A DNA stretch of 62,539 nt, filler included, from Chrysochromulina tobinii (lineage: Eukaryota): assembly GCA_001275005.1 (NCBI GenBank). It is 7 parts of 7 records of this genome, joined end to end, with 100 filler letters (N's around TTAATTAATTAA, not from the genome) between each part and the next. Parts side by side here need not be neighbours in the genome. Positions count along the whole stretch, not along the records: positions 49,998 to 56,368 come from JWZX01000960.1; positions 56,469 to 62,539 come from JWZX01000961.1; 5 more parts are not named here. The stretch is one strand, 5' to 3'. The position numbers and the translations under genes are program-made. The notes below the pieces were generated by a model, which made no database searches, had not been told where the DNA came from, and saw nothing but the letters and a program-made list of their open reading frames with translations. Numbering within the stretch: position 1 is the stretch's first letter; every line of letters begins with the position of its first letter. This document shows, piece after piece, positions 55,150-62,539 of this stretch.

Positions 55150-56050
55150 CGGAGAGGTCGGCAGCGGAGCATGCAGAGGAGCTCGACCGCTCAGTGCTCA
55201 GCTCGTCGCTCAGTGGCCTGGGCGGCTCGATACTCGGCACAGCGCCCGATGGCTCGACGATCGGCTCGGCGCTCGACAGATTGGTGCTCGGCTCTGCGCT
55301 CGACGGCTCAGAACCCGGCTCATCCTCGAGTGGCCTCGGCGGCTCGATTTCAAGCTCGGCTCTTGACTGCTCGATGCTCAGTGGCCTTGGCGGCCCGACG
55401 CTCGGCTCGGCGCTTGACAGCTCGATGCTGAGCCCGGCGATCGATGGCCTCGGCGGCTCGACGCTCGGCTCGGCACTCGGTGGCATCGACCGCTTGGCGA
55501 TCAATGGTCTTGGTGCAATGCGCACTGAGGCTGCTTGCGTGCAAGATTACAGCGAGTCCGAGGACATTGTGTTCCCCAGTGGCGAGGCGCCCAAGAGGCG
55601 TTACGAGTTCAAGTCCAAGATGAGATCGACTGACGGCTCAGCGTTCAAATGTCTCCAGCTCGGCAAGGCGCTCGATGATTACGACAGCTTGGTGCTCAAT
55701 GGCATCGGCAGCCGATCTGCTCAGCGATTGACTGCTCCACGCTCATCCCGTCGATCCGTGGCCTCGGCAGCTCAATGCTCAGCTCGGCGCCCGAAGGCTC
55801 GATGCTGGGCTCAGTGCTAGACAGCTTGATGCTCAGCTCGATGCTCAGTTCGGCGCTCGATGGCCATGGCGGCTCGACGCTCAGCTCAGCGCACGATGAC
55901 TTCGGTGGCTCACAGCTCCGCTCGGCGTTCGATGGCCTCGAATGCTCGGCAGTCGGCGTGGCGTTCGTCAGCTCGACGCTCAGCTCGGCGTTCAACAGCT
56001 TGACGCGTGGCTCGACGCTCGATGGCGTCGGTAGCTCGGCGCTCAACCCC
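55150..56050 (-). repeat. Degenerate SSAEPSVEPPRP-type coding repeats, with frameshifts
   Basis: Recurrent gctcggctcggcgctcga / tggcctcggcggctcga units. Confidence 0.6.
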
Positions 56051-56468
56051 GGATAGTCGGTAGCTGTTTGTCGTGTGTTTTCCAAGGGAGTTGGTTTCGT
56101 CTTCTCTGTGCATCACACTTGTTAGGGATGTTTAAAGGAAGGGTCCGATTTCCGAAACGAACGCGACGTCGTTCCTGCAGGGATTCGGGCCGGCCCGAAT
56201 CCGCAGAATTTTTTTTTTGTTTTTTTGGAAAGGTGGTACTCTGCAACGAGACGCCGAGGTCGAGAGTTTTCAGAGTTTTTGGGGGAGGCGACAATTCGGT
56301 GCCGGTAGAATCCCACAGCGGCGCCGGGTCCCATTGGGAGCCGGCGCCATTGGCCAGTGCTGGCTGGGNNNNNNNNNNNNNNNNNNNNNNNNNNNNNNNN
56401 NNNNNNNNNNNNTTAATTAATTAANNNNNNNNNNNNNNNNNNNNNNNNNNNNNNNNNNNNNNNNNNNN

Positions 56469-58322
56469 CCTCCGCCGCGGCCTTGTCGGCGGCCGCCCTC
56501 TCGGCGGCCGCCCTCTCCACCGCGGCCTTCTCCGCCGTCGCCTTGTCGGCCGCCCTTTTCTCCGCCGCCACCTTCTCGGCCGCCGCCCTCTCCGCCGCCG
56601 CCCTCTCCGCCGCTCTCTTCTCAGCCGCCGCCCTCTCCGCCGCGGCCTTCTCCGCCGCCGCCTTGTCGGCCGCCCTCTTCTCCGCCGCCACCTTCTCGGC
56701 CGCCGCCCTTTCCGCCGCCGCCCTCTCCGCCGCTCTCTTCTCCGCCGCCACCTTCTCGGCCGCCGCCTTCTCTGCCGCCACCTTCTCCGTCGCTCTCTTC
56801 TCTGCCGCAACCTTCTCGGCCGCTGCCTTCTCTGCCGCTGCCTTCTCTGCCGCCACCTTCGCGGCTGCCGCCTTCTCCGCCGCCGCCTTGTCGGCCGCCG
56901 CCTTGGCCGCTTCCGCCTTCCAATCCCTGTGTGGAAGCGCACGGGTGAAGCGCACGGGCGAACGCACGTGTCGGCGCTGAGCAGTGGTGCCCAGCACGGC
57001 GCGCCATCGCATGCAATCGGTGGCAATCAGGAAGCGCGAGGGCACAGCTTGGGAAGATGGCAAGGCAGTCAGTGGCAGAGGAGGCAGCAGCGCCCTCTCC
57101 GAGGACGACGGCGTGGGGCGACGGCGTGGGGCGACTGCACGCTGTTGGCGCTGTGCAGGGGCGCCCAGCACGGCGCGCCCTCGCATGCCATCAGGAAGCG
57201 CGAGGGCTTGCGAAGGGTGGTCGTGAAGATGGCAAGGCAGTCAGAGGCAGTGGCAGCAGCGTGTGGCGCGGCCGGCGCGGCCAATCGCAGCCGCGACGAG
57301 TCGCAAACCAGGCCGCGAGTCCGCCGCCGACACCCGACGTGCCCACCACGGCGCGTGGGATGTGCCCGTGCGGACTCCGTCCTAAAATCTTAAGGATGTG
57401 CGTTCGCGACTCGCCGTGTGGCCCCATGGGGGGTACGCTGCGTCCTCTCGGCTTCATCCCATGACGATTGGCCGCCATTCGTTCGCCGAGCGGCCGAAAA
57501 CCCGTGGTCCGCGTGCGCCCAAGACGGCGCCTCTGCACATCCGCTCGGCAGCGATGGGCAATCAGTGTGCATGCGCGCGGCGTACCGAGGCTTGCTGAGG
57601 AGCGCCACGACCTCGCTCTTGCCCTGCCCCCGTGCGTAGTCGATGGCCGTCTCGCCGCCCTTGGTTCGAAGCGTCGGATCGGCGCCCCCTTCGAGAAGGC
57701 GCTTGGCGATCGCGAGGCGGCCCCAGAGTGCCGCGGAATGCAATGCTGTCCGATCGCCGTTGCCCTAAAGACAAACGAGAGGCCAAACGGAATGACTACA
57801 TGGAAGCGGATCCATCGCATGTGCTGGGGGAGGGCATACTCGAGGCTTACCTTGGCGTTGACCTCGATCGCCTTGGCCTCGAGGAGGAGGCGGACGCACC
57901 CTTCGTGCCCGTTGCATGCCGCGTAATGCAATGCTGTGTATCCGAGCTGTGGCAAATGAAGCACACGCGGCGTCATCGAGTGCCAGAGCCCGCGAGGAGC
58001 GTGGGCGAGCACGCGGGGGTGCGGCGCGCGCCATGCGACGAGGACGCGTGTGCCAAGCTCGGCCGGGTGGCGGGGTGGCGGCGCAGCCAGCGCGGCTGCG
58101 CGCGCCGTGCAGCGGGCTGTGGGGACACGGCGCCGTCTCGGGCGAGCGCGGCGGCGAAAGCAGCAGAGGCGGCGAGGACGCGGGCGCCCACGCGAGGCAC
58201 ATGCGGCGGCGCACCCCATCGCGCCAGTTGACGTTCCCTCCAAGGCCGATCAGCCGCGTGAGCTCCGCCTCGTTGCCGTCCCTTGCGGCCTCGAACACGG
58301 CCTTGCCCATCGAGTCGCTCAT
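56469..58322 (-). CDS. Ankyrin-repeat protein with long (E/D)(K/R)AAA helical tail; exons 58215-58322, 57851-57946, 57586-57764, <56469-56926
   Basis: Ankyrin repeats [25 protein letters not shown]. Phase-compatible GT-AG introns. About 30 pentapeptide repeats running into the gap. Confidence 0.8.
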
Positions 58323-58984
58323 CGCGTCCGCCGCGCTCTACAGGCCTTCGCCCGCTCGGACACCTGCGCATTCGGGGGGGCGCGCGCGGCTCCGCTGTGA
58401 CGCTCGGGAGGCGGCGGCGTGCACTCAGTCGCGGTGCGCATGCAGCTCGCCCACACGCCCCTCGGAGCTCGGGTGGCCGCGGCAGCCGTGGCGCGAGGGC
58501 GCGTCGCGGACGCTCGCAGCGACCACGGCGCGCAGTCGAGGCTGCCGCAACGCCTGGCTCCCGAGGCCCCGAGCGGCGTGGTGTGGGCGTGCGAAGCAGC
58601 GGGCGAAGCAGGCCATCGGGCTCGACGAGGGCATTGGGTAATGCGCGCCCGCACGGAGGGATTGCCGAACTCACGTCCACCTTTGGCATTGACTTTCCGC
58701 AAACTTAGGCCCTCTGTGAAAAGCTCTTTGCATCGTCTGTGAAGTGCCCGTGTGCGCGCGGAGCGGATTTTTTTCCACGGTCTTCGGAGCTACTGCTGCG
58801 TAACTATAGTGTATCGCGGCCAGCGCAAAAGAAACGTCGCGACTCAATCCAATCTAGAGCGAACGTGCCCAAAACGACGCGTGCGGCCCCTCCTAGTAGC
58901 AAAGGAGACGTCGCGACTCCATCCCATCTAGCGCCTAAGTTCGCTCGGCTCTCTCTCTCTCTCTCTCAGATCGCTCACCGTGCC

Positions 58985-61815
58985 TCAGGCCTTGCCCTTG
59001 TACTTGAAGGAGTGCTGGTACGACTCGAGCAGATCCTTAAGGACGCGCTGGCGGCCAGGGTCACTCGCGGCGTGGACGGCCTGGACCTCGACCTCGGTGC
59101 ACATGCCGAGGAGCGCGTGGATGCCCGGCAGCAGCTCGCGCTGGGCGGCGGGCGGTAGCGGCCGCTCACGGCACACCCCGAGCACATCCGCCAGCAGGTA
59201 CGAGCCGTGGCGCACGAGTACTTTCTTGTGGGCGGCGAGCAGCTCGTAGAGGCGGCGCAGATTGCGCACGCACTCAAGGGGGAAGGCGCCCGCGGCGACG
59301 CCCTCGCTCGTCGCACCGGCCGCGCCGTGCCGGGCGCCACGCGCCGTGTCGGGCACCTCGCTCGTCGCACCGGCCGCGCCGTCCGCCGAGCTCGTGCCCG
59401 TAACCACCGCCTCCGTAACCACCGCCTCCGTAACCACCGCCGCCGTAACCACCGCCGCCGTAACCACCGCCTCGGGCCACGCGGGGTTGAGAGCGGCCGC
59501 CGCTCGGCTGCTGTACGCGGCGGTGAGGAGCAAGCCTCGAATGGTGGCGATGAGGAGCGGCACGGCGCGGTGCACGAGGCGCGATCGCTGCCGGAGCAGC
59601 GCCACGAGCAGAAAGTACGCGCTGTTGAACGTGACGGGCGTGGGCAGCTCGGACGCTCGGGACGGCGCGCACCTGATGAGGGAGGCAATCAGAGGTCCTC
59701 ATCAGAGGTCATCATCAGAGGTCATCATCAGAGGTCCTCAGCTCGGACGCTCGGGACGGCGCGTACCGCAGCTCGAGGTGGTGGCCAGCGGCACTCGCGA
59801 TCGCAAGCATCAGTGGTGCGCCGTCGGTGGGCGCGAGCCGAAGCTGGTCGTTGGTGACGAGGGCGGTCAGGGCGAGCAGGGCGCACGTGCGCACGCTATC
59901 GGCCGCGCCGTCTTGGGCGCTGCTCGTCGCTCCGTGCCAGCTGCCGCGCGCCGCGCCCGACACGGCGCCGAGGGGCCCGGGGCGTGTGGCGATGCCCACG
60001 AGGACGCGCAGCAGCTCGGGCTTGCGCGCATCGAGGTGCGCGCGCTGCTGCGGTGCGCTCGCCGCCCCGATCAGGGCAAGCCCGAGGAGAGAGGCGCACA
60101 CGCGCGCCGTGGTGGGCGCGCCGTCGTGGGTGACGGCCGCTCGCGCCGTGACGGGCGCCACCTCGGCCAGCAGGGCGCCCATCATCCACGCATAGGTGGC
60201 GCCGTCCTGGTCGCCGCCGCTGAGCGTCAGCCGTCGGAGCATCCCAACGGCGGAGTGCGCGTCGGCGGCGCGCACGCGGCCAGAGGGAGAGAGGCGCACC
60301 GCGGTGGCGGAGTGCTCGAGACGACGCGCAAGGAGGGCGAGGAGGTGATGTCGATCGTCCGAGGGTAGAGCGGCGAAGAGCACCGCGGGGCGCTCACTTA
60401 GAGCGTCGAGAAGCGCGAGGGCAGCCGCCCGTAACCGCCGACGCGCTGTGCCGAGCGCGAGCGCTGTGCCGGGCGCGGGTAGCGCCGTGCTGGGCGCGAA
60501 CGGCGCCGGCGCCGCGCGTTCGAGGGGGCTCGCGCCGTCCTGAGCGCGAGCTGCGAGCGTCGAGGCTGGGGGGGCGTCTGACAGGATCCCCATCGCATAG
60601 AGCAACGCGCTCCGCAGGCGCGGCGGCGGCGGCGGCGCGGCCATAGGTGCTCGAGACGGCGCGTTGTCATCGTCCTCAGCGGCGGGCGCGCCCAGTACGG
60701 CGCTCAGCTCCGCGTGAGCGTCGAGCGCATTGAAGCATCTGGTGAACGCGGCGACCGCCTCGAGCGCCGCCGCGAGCACCTCCGCCTCGAGCGCGTCCGA
60801 AGGCTCACGACGCGCCCGCAACAGCGCGTCGAGGAGCGCGAGCGGAGGGCACGGCGCGCTCGGCACGGCGCCCGTCATAGCGCCCGTCACGGCGCCCGAA
60901 ATGGCGATCGGCCCGGCGCTCAACACGGCGCCCATCAGGACCGATCGGAGTTTCGTCACCCAGAGCGCCGCGGCCTCGCAGTGCGCGCGCGTCGTGGCGG
61001 GCGGTGCGGCCGAGTGCGTCGCCGAGTGCACGGGGGCAGGAGGGGCGCGGGAGGGGGGGGGCGGAGGCAGCGACGCCGTGATCGCGTCCAGATGAGCACT
61101 GAGCGCCCAGAGGGCCATCGTCTGAGCTTGCTGCGTGTTCACACCCACCGCCGGCTCGGTGTTCACAGCCGCCGGCTCCGAAGCTGGGGCCGTTGCCCAG
61201 AGCGCCTGGCGTACATCCTCGAGCCAGCGCGACCAGCCGCCGCCTAGCAAGGTCGGCGTGAACGTGAACGCACCGCGCGTGGCAAGCGCCGCGCCCGTCA
61301 CAGCGCCTACCAGCCTCGCGCACTGCCGCTCCGCCTCCGCGCGCGCCGTGTCGGGCGCGCCGTCGTGGGCGGCGCCACGCGCCATCGCTGTGGGGAGTCG
61401 AAGCGCCCATTGGAGGACACGGCGGCAAGCGCGGCCGCCGATCACCTCCCGCGTCACAGTGGGGGAGACGGCCGCGAGTGTCGCCGCGAGGCGCAGCACA
61501 CCGACCAAGGCCTCTTCCAGGTACCTTCCAAGAACTTCCTGGTACTTTCCGGGAGACGCGCCTGGCTCGACCGGTAACCCGCCATCTGCTTTTGAATGGT
61601 CGAGCTGTGAATGGGCGAGCTGTGAATGGGCGAGCTGTGAATGGGCGAGCTGTGAATGGGCGAGCTGCCCCAGCACCAGCACCGCGGGGAGCAGCCAACG
61701 TACCTGCTCGAGCGGAGAGATAAGGGGGGAGGGGGCGTCGTGGTGAGCGCTTGCATGCAACGCACGCCATCAGAGGCAATCAACGCACCTGCTCGAGCGG
61801 CACCCACTCCAACTT
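58985..61815 (-). CDS. URB2/Npa2-like ribosome-biogenesis protein, 3' part; exons 61789-61815, 59767-61703, 58985-59672
   Basis: C-terminal block ECVRNLRRLYELL...LLPGIHALLGMC...LKDLLESYQHSFKYKGKA resembles the Urb2 domain. Confidence 0.7.
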
Positions 61816-61860
61816 CTGATGAGGGACACAATCACATGCAATCAGAGGCACTCAAGGCAC

Positions 61861-62504
61861 CTGATCGAGATGACGCCGAGAGGCTGGAATGGGTTGGACA
61901 TCTCGGCCGCGTAGTAGTAGAAGAGCTCGCCGTCGCACAGGCAAAAGTAGCGCCTCTTCCAGGACGGGACCCGCCGCCCCTTTTTGTAGAGATGGCCCTG
62001 CGAACCGAGGCCACGGGATGCGATGAGATGAATTGGGAGATGCGATGAGATGCATTGGGAGATGCGATGAGATGCATTGGGATGCGATGAGATACGCCGA
62101 GTGACCACTCCGGGGTCACTCGGCGTCAGAGTGGTCACTCGGCGTCACTCAGCCGTCACTCAGCCGTCACTCTGCGGCCACTCAGCGGCCGCTCTGAGGA
62201 GCTCTCAGCGGCACCCACCTGCTTGGTGCACACTCGATGGAGTGACTGGTGCAGCGCCGTCTCGTCTTCGCCGAACTCGGCGCCGTGTTGGGCGTCTGCC
62301 TCCACAAAGTAGCAGAAGAGCGACGAGGCCGCCAGCGCCGGGATGGCCACGCACTGCTGCAGGTAGCGCTCGAGCGCCACGCGTCGCTCCTCGACGAAGC
62401 TCGGGTGAAGGTTGCCGAAGGCGCGCTTCGCTGGGAGGGCCTGCGGCACTAGCGGGCCGAACTCCTTGCGCAGCAGCTGGTCCAGCAGGTTGAAGTGCTT
62501 GTAC
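61861..62504 (-). CDS. PX domain plus partial PH domain exons (62219-62504, 61861-61997)
   Basis: PX: YKHFNLLDQLL...LPAKRAFGN...VEERRVALERYL. PH: QGHLYKKG...SWKRRYFCL...LFYY. Confidence 0.8.
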
Positions 62505-62539
62505 CTGTGGGGAGAGGCGAGGGCGCCGTGGTGAGCGCG

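Noticed and set aside
56318..56368. Hairpin and CCCAGCCAGCAC (minus strand) at the contig end, a possible transposon TIR
   Set aside because: Partner TIR and TSD are not visible, so it cannot be supported.
9641..56468. Apparent clustering of immune-like genes (U-box, HET, NACHT, LRR) as an island
   Set aside because: They lie on different contigs joined by artificial linkers, so proximity is not evidence.
58985..62504. A single PX-PH-URB2 fusion protein
   Set aside because: Splice phases are incompatible and the PH domain is incomplete. Reported as a chimeric junction instead.

Overview
High-GC eukaryotic DNA with spliceosomal introns. The intron style (CTGATTGC/TGATGACCTC microsatellites, GCGCTCACCACGGCGCCC motifs) and a bipartite plastid presequence suggest a haptophyte such as Chrysochromulina; this is inference. 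The window is seven contigs joined by 100-bp N/TTAATTAATTAA/N linkers, so adjacency across linkers has no biological meaning. Housekeeping genes: site-1 protease, Mpv17, NDPK-like, NAD(P)HX epimerase, Spc25, condensin II CAP-G2, ABHD14-like hydrolase, glycosyltransferases and a URB2-like gene. Several DNA transposons and several immune-type genes are also present (ARM/U-box, U-box/dynamin, NACHT, two HET-domain proteins). Top finding, at 9741-13535: a predicted receptor (beta-helix ectodomain, TM helix, HET-like domain) in which each ectodomain repeat is one phase-0 exon. The loops between repeats are encoded by 14 candidate 3-nt or 6-nt micro-exons, each in a homologous hairpin-bearing intron cassette, which suggests a codon-by-codon diversification system. 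Second finding: many introns are a microsatellite flanked by a duplicated piece of the neighbouring exon, suggesting an intron-gain route. All domain calls are from motif recognition by eye; no searches were run.
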